DNA from: Hydrurus foetidus
Lineage: Eukaryota
Assembly (NCBI GenBank): GCA_900617105.1
Contig: UYFQ01000001.1
Location: 3,348,001-3,412,000, forward strand
Direction of reading: 5' to 3'
Length of the DNA stretch: 64,000 bases
Position numbers and translations under genes: made by a program. The notes under the pieces were generated by a model. That model saw only the letters and a program-made list of their open reading frames with translations, was not told the origin of the DNA and did no database searches. This document shows, one piece after another, positions 53,009-61,999 of the stretch; the stretch's first letter is position 1, and every line of letters starts with the position of its first letter.

Positions 53009-53503
53009 TTACGCTTCAAGCTGCCTGATCAGCGCGTCAGCGCCAACAAGCTCGAGCTCGCTAAAAACGAACACGCCGTTTTCTTCCAGCAGCGCCGCGG
53101 TCACGCCTGGTTTTTGCGTGGTGCCGCCTGAAAAGCTGCCGTCGTAGGTGTAGCCAGAGCCACATGACGGGCTGCCTTCTTTCAAAATGGCGACGCGTAC
53201 GCCATGCGTTTTGACCAACTGCAGCGCCGCTTGCGCACCTGCAATGTAGCCCGCGGTAACGTTGCGCCCGCTTCTTTCAAAGACGCTGGCTTTGCGATTC
53301 AAAACGTCGCGGCCGCCCTGCGCGTTCGAGATTTCAGCCGGCGCGCGGGGAACCGGAAAGCCGCCTGCCACTTCTGGGCACAGCGGCAAGAGCCGCCCCT
53401 CTTTGGTCCAGCGCGGCAGCAAAGCAGAGTCGCAAAACTTGTCTGCACCGTCATAGCGAACCTTCTGGCCCAGTAAGCAAGCGCTGATCAATATACGGTG
53501 CAT
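53009..53503 (-). CDS. DUF523 / 2-thiouracil desulfurase-family protein
   Basis: ISACLLGQKVRYDG, CPEV.GG.PVPR, LKEGSPSCG, GVTAALL. Confidence 0.88.
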   Translation of the reverse strand: MHRILISACLLGQKVRYDGADKFCDSALLPRWTKEGRLLPLCPEVAGGFPVPRAPAEISNAQGGRDVLNRKASVFERSGRNVTAGYIAGAQAALQLVKTHGVRVAILKEGSPSCGSGYTYDGSFSGGTTQKPGVTAALLEENGVFVFSELELVGADALIRQLEA

Positions 53504-53509
53504 AAAATG

Positions 53510-53569
53510 AGTGTTTTAAGCTTATAGCCCAATAAATACGGGCGCGAGCAGCTCTTTAAAGTATAGCAA
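53510..53569 (-). repeat. Family A copy 9
   Basis: TAGCCCAATAAATACGGGCGCGAGCAGCTCTTTAAAGTATAGCAA. Confidence 0.85.
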
Positions 53570-53582
53570 TTATCGGTGTGCA

Positions 53583-54335
53583 TCACTTCTTTTTAAAGAT
53601 CACCACATGCTGCCACGGCAGCGTGCTGGCGGTACGCTCCCACACCAATGCATGCGCAGCTGCTTCTTTGCGGACTTGGGCCTCACTCATTTTGTGCAGC
53701 GTTTTGATTGGCACTCGGGGGTCTTCGAGGCGGTACTCCACATAGGCAATGCGTCCGCCCGGCTTTAATGCGCGCACCAGGCTGTCGATCACTTCAAACG
53801 GAAATTCAAGCTCGTGGTACACGTCGACCATGATGGCCAGGTCAATGCTGGCGTCTGGCAAATTCACGCTTTGCAACCCGCCCAGCACCGGCTTGATATT
53901 GCTGAGCCCGGCTTTTTTAGCGCCGTCTTCCAGCATCTTCATCATCTCGGGCTGCACGTCGGTGGCGTAGACCACGCCGCCTGAATTGCCGCTGCCTACC
54001 AATGGTGCCATGCGCCTGGCGTAGTAACCCGTGCCTGCGCCAATGTCGGCCACCGCCATGCCGGGTTTTAGGCCTAATTCGCGCAGCAGCAAGTCGCCGC
54101 GCTCTTCTTGCTGGCGCTCCTCGCGCTCTAGCCAGGCAGCGCCTTGCCAGCCCATCACGCCGGCAATTTCGCGGCCCATGTAGGCCTTGCTAATACCGTC
54201 GCGCGACGGCGGCGTGGCTTGATAACGGTCAGCGGGTTTTTGCGCCCAAGCTGGCGCGGCGAGGGTTATCGTTAGTAGCAGCTGGCAAGTACCCAGCGTG
54301 AAGCTTCGGCGGCGAAGGGCAGTGGCAAATGTCAT
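53583..54335 (-). CDS. Class I SAM-dependent methyltransferase with N-terminal signal peptide
   Basis: VADIGAGTGY motif I, DVYHE, LKPGG. Confidence 0.88.
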   Translation of the reverse strand: MTFATALRRRSFTLGTCQLLLTITLAAPAWAQKPADRYQATPPSRDGISKAYMGREIAGVMGWQGAAWLEREERQQEERGDLLLRELGLKPGMAVADIGAGTGYYARRMAPLVGSGNSGGVVYATDVQPEMMKMLEDGAKKAGLSNIKPVLGGLQSVNLPDASIDLAIMVDVYHELEFPFEVIDSLVRALKPGGRIAYVEYRLEDPRVPIKTLHKMSEAQVRKEAAAHALVWERTASTLPWQHVVIFKKK

Positions 54336-54568
54336 GCGGCACGCTTTCAGGGCTAAACGGTGTTGTTGAAACTAAAAAAATAGAGCTGCGTTTTGGCACG
54401 AAAAGTGCGCAATTGCCACATGGCAAGCCAAAACGCCCACTCATTTCACGTAGACATTGTGCTGCCGGATAAAGCAGCGCGTGTGGGTGGCGCCGAATTA
54501 CCTGTGCCCGGTACTGCGCCTTTGGTGCCCACGTTTGATGCAGATTCAACGGTGCATTTTCAAGCCAA

Positions 54569-54899
54569 GATGAGCAAGGCACCGGTTTGGTTTTGTTCGA
54601 TGGTGGCCAGCAACAGCCGCGAGAAAAGGCGCTTTTCAAGCGAGCTGGTTCACATGCGCGGCGCATGGCCGCTGCTCATGAAGCAGCGCAATGGCGGCAA
54701 GTGGACGCCTGAGGAGAAAACCACACCCAAGGCCATGGTGCGCTCGGCGTCTAACGTCAGCCCGTATCTGTTTATTTGGGCCATTCCGGGGTCTATGCTG
54801 CTGTTGCCGTTTTTGGCCTGGTTTTTAGACAAGCGGCGCAAATACAAAGCCGCCAAAGCCGCCAAAGCCAGCAAAGCCAAGGTCAAAGGCAAGTTGTAG
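54569..54899 (+). CDS. Hypothetical membrane-anchored protein; start uncertain
   Basis: PLLMKQRNGGKWTPEE...IPGSMLLLPFLAWFLDKRR and a KAA-repeat tail. Confidence 0.55.
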
Positions 54900-54906
54900 G
54901 CGCCGC

Positions 54907-56193
54907 TTAAAAGGTATAGCCGGTTCGCGTTTCATTGCCTTCAATATGGTCGAGCAGCACCATCAGCGGGCCCAGTTGCCGATACCGGGCGCAGGTAGCG
55001 CGCACGTACTTCACAAAGCGCGGCGTGTCGGCCAGGTATTTGGCTTTGCCGTCGCGCAGCGTCAAGCGCGCGAAAATGCCGAGAATTTTGATGTGGCGCT
55101 GCAGCCCCATCCACTCGACTGCGCGGTAAAACTCGCCAAAATCGTCACCTACCGGCAGGCCTGCGGCGCGGGCTTTTTGCCAATAGCGAACGGTAATGTC
55201 GAGCACAAAGTCTTCTTCCCAAGTCAAAAATGCATCGCGCATCAGGCTGGCAATGTCATAAGTGATGGGGCCGTACACCGCGTCTTGAAAGTCCAAGATA
55301 CCGAGGGAGTTAATGTGGGCATCGCCGATTTCCCCAGCAGGGGCCGCGGAACCGGCTTTGCCGGGCCGCAGGCGCAGCGCCCCCTCGGGGCTGGAGCCTG
55401 CGGCTTCAAATTCGCTTGAGCGAATTTGGACAGGCGACAGAAGCGAAGCCTCTGGCGAGCGGCGGCCTGCAAGGTGCAGCGAAGTACGCGAAGCGACGAG
55501 CGTGGGGGCTATCAAATTCCGCGGCATGAAGTCCCGGTGCACAAACACGCGGGCGCCACCGAGTGACTGCAAGTTGCTGGCCACAATCAGCTTGAAAGCG
55601 TCGCTTAATGTCGCTTGTTGTTCAGTGCTCAGTACCAGCTGCTTGTGCTGGGCAATGTACCAGTCGGGCAGCAAGGCTAACTCGCGGTTAAGCAGTGCTT
55701 CGTCGTACTCTGGCAGCACGTTGGGTTGGGACGCCAGCTGCCACTTCACCAAGGCGTCAGTAGCTTGTGCATACAGTTCGCGGTCAGCATCTGTAGGCTG
55801 CGCAATCGCATCAACTGCGGCGGGTGGGTTGATGACCTCCATCATGGTTTGCGCGCCCAGGTCTGACAGCAACATAAAACCTTTCGGTTTGTCCCACGCC
55901 AGAACGCGCGGCGCATGCAGGCCAGCTTGCTGCATCAACGCGGCTACTTTTGCAAAGGGCTCGCAATCTTCTTTGTCGGGCGGCGCGTCCATGATGATGC
56001 AACTTTGCCCCAGCGCCGGGCTGCTGCTGTCAACGCGAAAGTAGCGCCTGAAGCTGGCGTCGGCAGACGCTGATCGCACGCTGCCTGGATTTAATTGGTG
56101 CAATGGCGCTTGCGCCGCCAGCCAGCTGTTGAAGGCATCGGCACGCGGCTGCGTTGGCCAGTCAATGGCGGGGTAGGGGGGCGTGGTGGTCAT
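54907..56193 (-). CDS. amgK: N-acetylmuramate/N-acetylglucosamine anomeric kinase (APH family) with internal repeat-derived insertion
   Basis: ASADASFRRYFR, IMDAPP, HRDFMPRNL, LDFQDA, YDIASL, GIFARL..RDGK; divergent from lptD. Confidence 0.88.
   Translation of the reverse strand: MTTTPPYPAIDWPTQPRADAFNSWLAAQAPLHQLNPGSVRSASADASFRRYFRVDSSSPALGQSCIIMDAPPDKEDCEPFAKVAALMQQAGLHAPRVLAWDKPKGFMLLSDLGAQTMMEVINPPAAVDAIAQPTDADRELYAQATDALVKWQLASQPNVLPEYDEALLNRELALLPDWYIAQHKQLVLSTEQQATLSDAFKLIVASNLQSLGGARVFVHRDFMPRNLIAPTLVASRTSLHLAGRRSPEASLLSPVQIRSSEFEAAGSSPEGALRLRPGKAGSAAPAGEIGDAHINSLGILDFQDAVYGPITYDIASLMRDAFLTWEEDFVLDITVRYWQKARAAGLPVGDDFGEFYRAVEWMGLQRHIKILGIFARLTLRDGKAKYLADTPRFVKYVRATCARYRQLGPLMVLLDHIEGNETRTGYTF
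55332..55508 (-). repeat. GC-rich palindromic repeat family B, copy 1 (in frame in amgK)
   Basis: Ends CCCCCACGCTCGTCGCTTCGCGTA and GCTGCGCCTGCGGCCCGGCAAAGCCGGTTCCGCGGCCCCTGCT shared with 60154-60324. Confidence 0.88.
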
Positions 56194-56295
56194 GGCTGTG
56201 GGTCAGTCGGGGTAGAGTGAAAATACCGGCAAATTGCAAGGGTGTGGGTCATGGATAATCACTGCTGATTCTACAAACGGGTTTACTTCTTACCA

Positions 56296-58737
56296 ATGAT
56301 GCAGGCTGCATCTCACTTTCCTTTTCTTCGCTCGCAAGTGGGCCAAGCTGCACTTTGCCTTGTGTCTGCGGCTGGGCTGGGGGCAATGGTGTCGGCTGCA
56401 CCGCCGGCGGTAGCGCAAGTCTTGCCAAGTACGCCCAGCTTTGATAACGAACCGCTTCGCCTCAAAGCCAGCCCGATGCTGGTTGAAAAACCGGTCGAGG
56501 CCAATGGCAACCCAGTGCCGATTTTTTTGTTTGGCGACCGGCTGTCTGGCCGCACCAACCTGGACACCACGCTGGACGGCAACGCTGAACTGCGGCGCGG
56601 CAAAACCTCGGTTCGCGCTGAGCGTATCGACTTTTATCAGCCAGACGACCTGCTCACTGCCAGAGGCAACGTTCGCATCAACAGCGCTGGCAACCAGTTC
56701 AAGGGCGATGAGCTCAAGCTGAAAATTGACACCTTTGAAGGCTATTTTTTACAGCCCAATTACCGATTTTTAGTCAACGGCGGCAACGGCTCTGGCAGCC
56801 GCATTGACTTTGTAGATGACCAGCGACTGGTAGCTACCAACGCAACCTTCACCACCTGCGAGCGCGGTGATGAAGCGACTTGGGAGCCCGCCTGGCAGTT
56901 GAGCGGCACCAGCTTTAAGTTTGATCAGGAAGCCGAAACCGGCGAGGCCCTGGGGGCGGTGCTGCGGTTTAAAAACGTGCCTATTCTGGCTTTCCCGGCG
57001 ATTACCTTTCCCCTTAGCAGCAAGCGCAAATCGGGTTTGCTGCCGCCCACGTTTAACCTGGACAACACCAGCGGTTTTGAGGTCAGCCAGCCGTACTATT
57101 TAAATATTGCGCCCAACCGCGATGCCACGCTGACGCCCACCCTCATGACCAAACGCGGCGCCAGTTTGGGCGGCGAGTATCGCTACCTGGAGAGCGATTA
57201 CAAAGGTCGGCTGCGCGCCAACTACATGCCCAAAGACACCCTGCGCGACAACCAGCGCTGGTCGTACGCGCTGGAGCACACCGGCACCGTCAGCACGGGC
57301 GTCGGTGCACTTGGCAACCTGGGCCTGAACCTGAACTTGAACCGGGTCAGCGACAGCAATTACTGGAGCGATTTCCCTCGCAGCAATACGTCGTTGACGC
57401 AGCGCTTGCTGTCCAGCGACGCCAGCTTGAGCTGGGCCCAAGGCTACGCCAGCGCCTCGGTGCGTGCCCTGAAATGGCAAACGCTGCAAGACCCGTTGGC
57501 ACCGATCGTGCCGCCGTACGACCGCTTGCCGCAAATTGTGGCGGCGTACACGCGCACCAATGCGCCAGTGGCGGGGCTGGGCGGTTTTGATTGGTCTGTG
57601 GCGGGCGACTTCACGCGCTTTTCGTCAGATCGCACCCTGACCAACCAACCCAACAGTGACCGCACCGTGGCCGTTGCCAGTATCAGCCGGCCGTGGCTTG
57701 CGCCCGGCGGGTACGTTACGCCCAAGTTGCAACTGCATGCCACCAAGTACAGCTTTGACGCGCCGCTTGCTATTGGCGAGGGAGCGCTGTCGGGCGCGCA
57801 ATCAGCAACCCGCGTGGTGCCCACATTCAGTCTTGACAGCGGCTTGATGTACGAGCGCCAGGCCAGTTTTTTTGGCCGCGACTTTACCCAAACGCTTGAG
57901 CCCCGGGCGTTTTACGTACGCACGCCGTTTCGTGACCAAGCCTTGCTGCCCAACTACGATTCAGGTTCAAATGACTTTAACTTTGCCACCGTTTTCACGG
58001 AAAACGCGTTCGTTGGCAACGACCGCATCTCTGACGCCAATCTGCTGACGCTGGGCGCCACGTCACGACTGATCAACCCAGAATCGGGTAAGGAGTCGGT
58101 TCGCGTTGGCGTGGCCCAGCGTTTGCGTTTTTCAGATCAAAAAGTCACCCTGCCGGGCGGCTTACCCGTCACGGACCGCATCAGCGACCTGCTGTTTGGA
58201 ACCACGGTGAACTGGGCGCCGCAGTGGTCATTGGATGGCACCGTGCAGTACAACCCCAAGCTGCGGGTGTCTGAGCGCTCAAGCTTTGGAGTGCGTTACA
58301 ACCCCAGCAACTACCGCGTGGTCAGCGCGGCGCTCAGGCGCCAGCGCGACGTCAGTAATTCCCTTGATGTCGGCTGGCAGTGGCCGTTGAACGATTTGTG
58401 GGGCGACAAAGGCAAAGACTTGGGCGCGGGGCAAGGCCAGGGCGGTGGGCGTTACTACGGCGTGGGGCGTTTGAACTATAGTTTTCAAGATAAAAAACTG
58501 GTTGATGCGGTCGTCGGCGTTGAGTACGATGGCTGCTGCTGGATTGGTCGAGTAGTGCTCCAGCGCTTGCAAAGCACTACCGCCAGTGCCAATACCCGTT
58601 TGCTGTTCCAGCTTGAGTTGGTGGGGTTTTCTCGGCTAGGAGCCAGCCCGTTAGAAATATTGAAGAACAACATTCCGCGCTACCAGTTTTTACGTGATCA
58701 AACCGCAGCGCCCAGTCGCTTTACCAACTATGAATAA
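56296..58737 (+). CDS. lptD: LPS-assembly protein
   Basis: FTTC, RKSGLLPP, YYLNIAPNRDAT, TLEPRAFY, EYDGCCW. Confidence 0.95.
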   Translation: MMQAASHFPFLRSQVGQAALCLVSAAGLGAMVSAAPPAVAQVLPSTPSFDNEPLRLKASPMLVEKPVEANGNPVPIFLFGDRLSGRTNLDTTLDGNAELRRGKTSVRAERIDFYQPDDLLTARGNVRINSAGNQFKGDELKLKIDTFEGYFLQPNYRFLVNGGNGSGSRIDFVDDQRLVATNATFTTCERGDEATWEPAWQLSGTSFKFDQEAETGEALGAVLRFKNVPILAFPAITFPLSSKRKSGLLPPTFNLDNTSGFEVSQPYYLNIAPNRDATLTPTLMTKRGASLGGEYRYLESDYKGRLRANYMPKDTLRDNQRWSYALEHTGTVSTGVGALGNLGLNLNLNRVSDSNYWSDFPRSNTSLTQRLLSSDASLSWAQGYASASVRALKWQTLQDPLAPIVPPYDRLPQIVAAYTRTNAPVAGLGGFDWSVAGDFTRFSSDRTLTNQPNSDRTVAVASISRPWLAPGGYVTPKLQLHATKYSFDAPLAIGEGALSGAQSATRVVPTFSLDSGLMYERQASFFGRDFTQTLEPRAFYVRTPFRDQALLPNYDSGSNDFNFATVFTENAFVGNDRISDANLLTLGATSRLINPESGKESVRVGVAQRLRFSDQKVTLPGGLPVTDRISDLLFGTTVNWAPQWSLDGTVQYNPKLRVSERSSFGVRYNPSNYRVVSAALRRQRDVSNSLDVGWQWPLNDLWGDKGKDLGAGQGQGGGRYYGVGRLNYSFQDKKLVDAVVGVEYDGCCWIGRVVLQRLQSTTASANTRLLFQLELVGFSRLGASPLEILKNNIPRYQFLRDQTAAPSRFTNYE

Positions 58738-60148
58738 TTTTGAGTTTCAAAAAACGAGCTTTGCTAAGTTAGCTTTGTCTTGCCAGTTGTTGTCCGTGCT
58801 GCTGATGGCGATGCCCGCAATCACCGCGCAAGCGCAAACCCTGCGCCCCTCAAACGGCCCCTTACGCCAATTTGGCGGGGCGCCTGGCAGTGCGGCGCTG
58901 CCGAATGCAGGCACGCAGCGCTCGGCTGACTTTATTGTGGCGGTGGTTAATTCTGAGCCGCTCACCAACAACGAGGTGCGCGGAAAAATGCTGCGTGCAG
59001 AGCAGCAAATCACCCAGCAGGGCGGCGCGCTGCCGTCGCGAGCTGAGCTGGCCCGCCAAATCCTCGAACGCCTGATCAGCGACAAAGCGCAGCTGCAAGC
59101 GGCACGCCAGTCGGGCTTGCGAGTCGATGAAAACGCCATTAAAAACGCGGTGCAAGGCGTAGCCGAACAAAACCAGATGACGGTCGACGAAATGCGCCGC
59201 CGCTTGACGGCTGATGGCGTGTCGTTTACCAAGTTTCAAGGCGAGCTGCGCGACGAATTGCTGGTCAACCGCTTTCGCCAGCGCGAGGTCGAAGCGCGCG
59301 TCACGATCACCGATGCCGACATTGACCAGTTTCTGCGTGACCAGGAAAGCGGCGCTGCGGTGGCCACACCCGACATCAACCTTGCGCAAATATTGATCGC
59401 TGTGCCAGAAATAGCGACTGCCGCGCAGATTGCCACTTTGCAGGCCAAGGCCCAAGCCGCCGCCGACCGCGCTAGAGGCGGCGGCGATTTTGCGGCGCTG
59501 GCCAAGGAGTTTTCTGATTCGCCTTCGCGCGCCACAGGCGGCGTGATGGGGCTGCAAAGCACAGAGCGTTACCCCAGCTTGTTTGTTGACGCGACCAAAG
59601 ACTTGCGCGAAGGTGCTGTCACGCAGCCAGTGCGCAGCGGCGCTGGTTTTCACGTGCTCAAGGTGCTGGAAAAACGCGTAGCCGGCATGCCCAGCGTGAA
59701 CATCACGCAAACCAAAGCGCGGCATATTTTGCTGCGGGTAACGCCGCAGCAAAGCGAAGTGTCTGCCAAAGCCAAGTTGGCCGACGCTAAAAAGCGCATA
59801 GCCGCTGGGCAGGCCGAGTTTGCCGCGTTGGCGCGTGACAGCAGCGACGATGGTTCCGCCAAAGACGGTGGCGACTTGGGCTGGGCCAACCCCGGCATGT
59901 TTGTGCCCGAGTTTGAGCAAGCCATGAACGGCCTGGCGCCTGGTCAGGTGTCTGAGCCGCTGGTGTCCCGCTTCGGTGTGCATTTGATTCAAGTCATGGA
60001 GCGGCGCGAAAGCAAGCTGTCGACCAAAGACCAACGTGAAATGGTGCGCGCCACACTGCGTGAGAAAAAGCAGGAAGACGCCTATACGCTGTGGGCGCAA
60101 GAAATTCGCGGCCGGGCTTATGTGGAATATCGCGAACCACCGCAGTGA
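58730..60148 (+). CDS. surA: Periplasmic chaperone / PPIase
   Basis: IVAVVNSEP, two parvulin domains (ARHILL, GGDLGW, SRFGVHLI); start taken at ATG 58730. Confidence 0.93.
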   Translation: MNNFEFQKTSFAKLALSCQLLSVLLMAMPAITAQAQTLRPSNGPLRQFGGAPGSAALPNAGTQRSADFIVAVVNSEPLTNNEVRGKMLRAEQQITQQGGALPSRAELARQILERLISDKAQLQAARQSGLRVDENAIKNAVQGVAEQNQMTVDEMRRRLTADGVSFTKFQGELRDELLVNRFRQREVEARVTITDADIDQFLRDQESGAAVATPDINLAQILIAVPEIATAAQIATLQAKAQAAADRARGGGDFAALAKEFSDSPSRATGGVMGLQSTERYPSLFVDATKDLREGAVTQPVRSGAGFHVLKVLEKRVAGMPSVNITQTKARHILLRVTPQQSEVSAKAKLADAKKRIAAGQAEFAALARDSSDDGSAKDGGDLGWANPGMFVPEFEQAMNGLAPGQVSEPLVSRFGVHLIQVMERRESKLSTKDQREMVRATLREKKQEDAYTLWAQEIRGRAYVEYREPPQ

Positions 60149-60153
60149 TGTTG

Positions 60154-60324
60154 CCCCCACGGTCGCTCGCTTCGCGTAGGGTTTTTGGGGTCAGCGCCCA
60201 AATTTGCCAAGCCGGGGGCTTGCCCGAAGGGCGGCGTGCATCGCACGCGGCAAAATTGGTGTCTGACCCCAATAACCCGGCTGCGCCTGCGGCCTGGCAA
60301 AGCCAGTCCCGCGGCCCCTGCTTG
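60154..60324 (+). repeat. Family B copy 2 with nested inverted-repeat element
   Basis: Same termini as the amgK copy; centre replaced by a 100-bp element. Confidence 0.88.
60179..60278. mobile_element. MITE/REP-like 100-bp element with 30-bp terminal inverted repeats
   Basis: GGGTTTTTGGGGTCAGCGCCCAAATTTGCC ... GGCAAAATTGGTGTCTGACCCCAATAACCC (25/30 complementary). Confidence 0.6.
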
Positions 60325-60355
60325 ATTTACAGCTAGCGATGACAGCACTCACCGT

Positions 60356-61111
60356 ATGAAACACATCGCTCGCAAACGCTTCGGCCAGCACTTCCTGACT
60401 GACCGGGGCATTATTGAAAACATCGTTCAAGCCATTGCACCTGCTGCCGGCCAAGCGATGATTGAAATTGGCCCTGGCTTGGGCGCCATGACGCAGCCAC
60501 TAGTCGAGCGCTTGGGGCATTTGACGGTTATTGAGCTGGACCGCGACTTGGCCGTGCTTCTTCGAAAAAAACCAGAGCTCACCGTGATTGAGTCTGACGT
60601 GCTGCGGGTTGATTTCGGCGCGCTGGCTGATTCGGCCGCCGCCCCCATCAGAATAGTCGGCAACCTGCCGTACAACATTTCCACGCCGATTTTGTTTCAC
60701 TTGCTTGACGTGGCAGACCGGGTTCAAGACCAGCACTTCATGCTGCAAAAAGAAGTGATTGACCGCATGGTGGCCAAGCCATCAACCAGCGACTACAGCC
60801 GCCTGAGCGTGATGCTGCAGTGGCGCTACGTGATGGAAAACGTGCTGTTTGTGCCGCCCACCAGTTTTGACCCGCCGCCCCGCGTTGACAGCGCGATTGT
60901 GCGAATGGTGCCGCACACAACGCCCGAGGTGCTTGACGTGAAACTCTTCAGCGAACTGGTACGCGTCGCCTTCAGCCAGCGCCGCAAGCTGCTGCGGCAT
61001 TCGCTAGGCAAGTGGCTGGAGGCGCGCCAGTTCAGCGGCACGTTTAACTTGCAGCGGCGGGCAGAAGAGGTGCCTGTGGCGGAGTACATTGCGCTGGTGC
61101 AGGCCACCTAA
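60356..61111 (+). CDS. rsmA: 16S rRNA A1518/A1519 dimethyltransferase
   Basis: [32 protein letters not shown]. Confidence 0.97.
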   Translation: MKHIARKRFGQHFLTDRGIIENIVQAIAPAAGQAMIEIGPGLGAMTQPLVERLGHLTVIELDRDLAVLLRKKPELTVIESDVLRVDFGALADSAAAPIRIVGNLPYNISTPILFHLLDVADRVQDQHFMLQKEVIDRMVAKPSTSDYSRLSVMLQWRYVMENVLFVPPTSFDPPPRVDSAIVRMVPHTTPEVLDVKLFSELVRVAFSQRRKLLRHSLGKWLEARQFSGTFNLQRRAEEVPVAEYIALVQAT

Positions 61112-61114
61112 AAC

Positions 61115-61174
61115 GCTATTTATTTAGGAGCTGCTTGCGCCCGTATTTTTTGGTCCACAGCCTGTTTTTGAAAT
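61115..61174 (+). repeat. Family A copy 10
   Basis: GCTATTTATTTAGGAGCTGCTTGCGCCCGTATTTTTTGGTCCA. Confidence 0.75.
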
Positions 61175-61210
61175 AAAAAAGCCCTCTAAAGTGATCTTTG
61201 AGGGCTTTTT
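61175..61210. terminator. Bidirectional Rho-independent terminator
   Basis: AAAAAAGCCCTC-TAAAGTGATCTTT-GAGGGCTTTTT between convergent genes. Confidence 0.85.
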
Positions 61211-61259
61211 GCTAAGTAATGCAAACAATTTTTCGACGGACCGTTCCTAGAAAAATTAG

Positions 61260-61310
61260 CTCCCTCGGGGGAGGGGGCAGAGAGCGACACGCAGTGCGCG
61301 ATCGTGGGGG
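61260..61310 (-). repeat. Family B copy 3 (short, no nested insert)
   Basis: Minus strand CCCCCACGATCGCGCACTGCGTGTCGCTCTCTGCCCCCTCCCCCGAGGGAG. Confidence 0.65.
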
Positions 61311-61317
61311 CAATTCC

Positions 61318-61503
61318 CTAGGCGGCTGCCAACCAATATCCCGAATTAAAAGGGCTGCTCATGCGCAGCGCCAGCGGTGACACGTCCAGTAATTTGTCGG
61401 TAGGCATGGCTTCATCGCCCTCTGCTATTACCTGTAGAGCCTCGTTCGCCCGATCCCCTTGGCTAATGTCTGGGGAGCGGGCTACAGAAAAGAATAGAAG
61501 CAC
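61318..61503 (-). CDS. Candidate small ORF or -1-frame extension of barstar, ending WLAAA
   Basis: Open -1 frame overlapping the barstar stop; internal ATG at 61407 gives MPTDKLLDVSPLALRMSSPFNSGYWLAAA. Confidence 0.45.
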   Translation of the reverse strand: MLLFFSVARSPDISQGDRANEALQVIAEGDEAMPTDKLLDVSPLALRMSSPFNSGYWLAAA

Positions 61504-61934
61504 CTGAACTGAATCTTTCGATCAGCCCAGTAGTCGGCTGCATCCCTGAAGATGTCCAGCAGCTGCTCGCGCGCCTCTTTGTCAAACTTGGCGTGCGCAG
61601 GAATTTGCTCCAGCACCACGATAAAGCCAGGCTGTGGGCCCGACTTGTGAACCAGGTCGGTCATGCAGTCGTACAGGGCGTCAAAGTTCTTGCCGAAGTG
61701 CGCCGGAAAGGTGTACTGCGCTGCAATCATGTCCAGAATGTCTTGCTTGCTCTGGGCATTGCCCAGGTTGGCATACAAAAAGTGCTGGCCGAGCTGCGTT
61801 GCAGCGTCTTGCAGTTCTTGCACGCGAAAGGCGCGAATCGACTGCACGATATTCGGGCGAATCCCCTTCAGGGGTATGTCTGTTGTTTTATCTCTGTGCG
61901 GCATTTCTGTATCCTTGCGAAGTGGTGTGTCCAA
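61482..61934 (-). CDS. Barstar-family ribonuclease inhibitor
   Basis: FPAHFGKNFDALYDCMTD motif; downstream of RNase; start uncertain (TTG 61934 or ATG 61904). Confidence 0.88.
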   Translation of the reverse strand: MDTPLRKDTEMPHRDKTTDIPLKGIRPNIVQSIRAFRVQELQDAATQLGQHFLYANLGNAQSKQDILDMIAAQYTFPAHFGKNFDALYDCMTDLVHKSGPQPGFIVVLEQIPAHAKFDKEAREQLLDIFRDAADYWADRKIQFRCFYSFL

Positions 61935-61999
61935 GTCCGCTTGTCTTTCTGTCAAAAAATCAAAACTCACAATATCAACCTGACTCTGTTGGATGGCAA

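Noticed and set aside
50662..54899. Integron cassette array
   Set aside because: No attC-type ends, no intI, and mixed gene orientations
58862..60160. Long antisense ORFs (432 aa opposite surA; also 13744-14499, 2930-3628, 55313-56044)
   Set aside because: Shadows of GC-rich coding strands with no recognisable motifs
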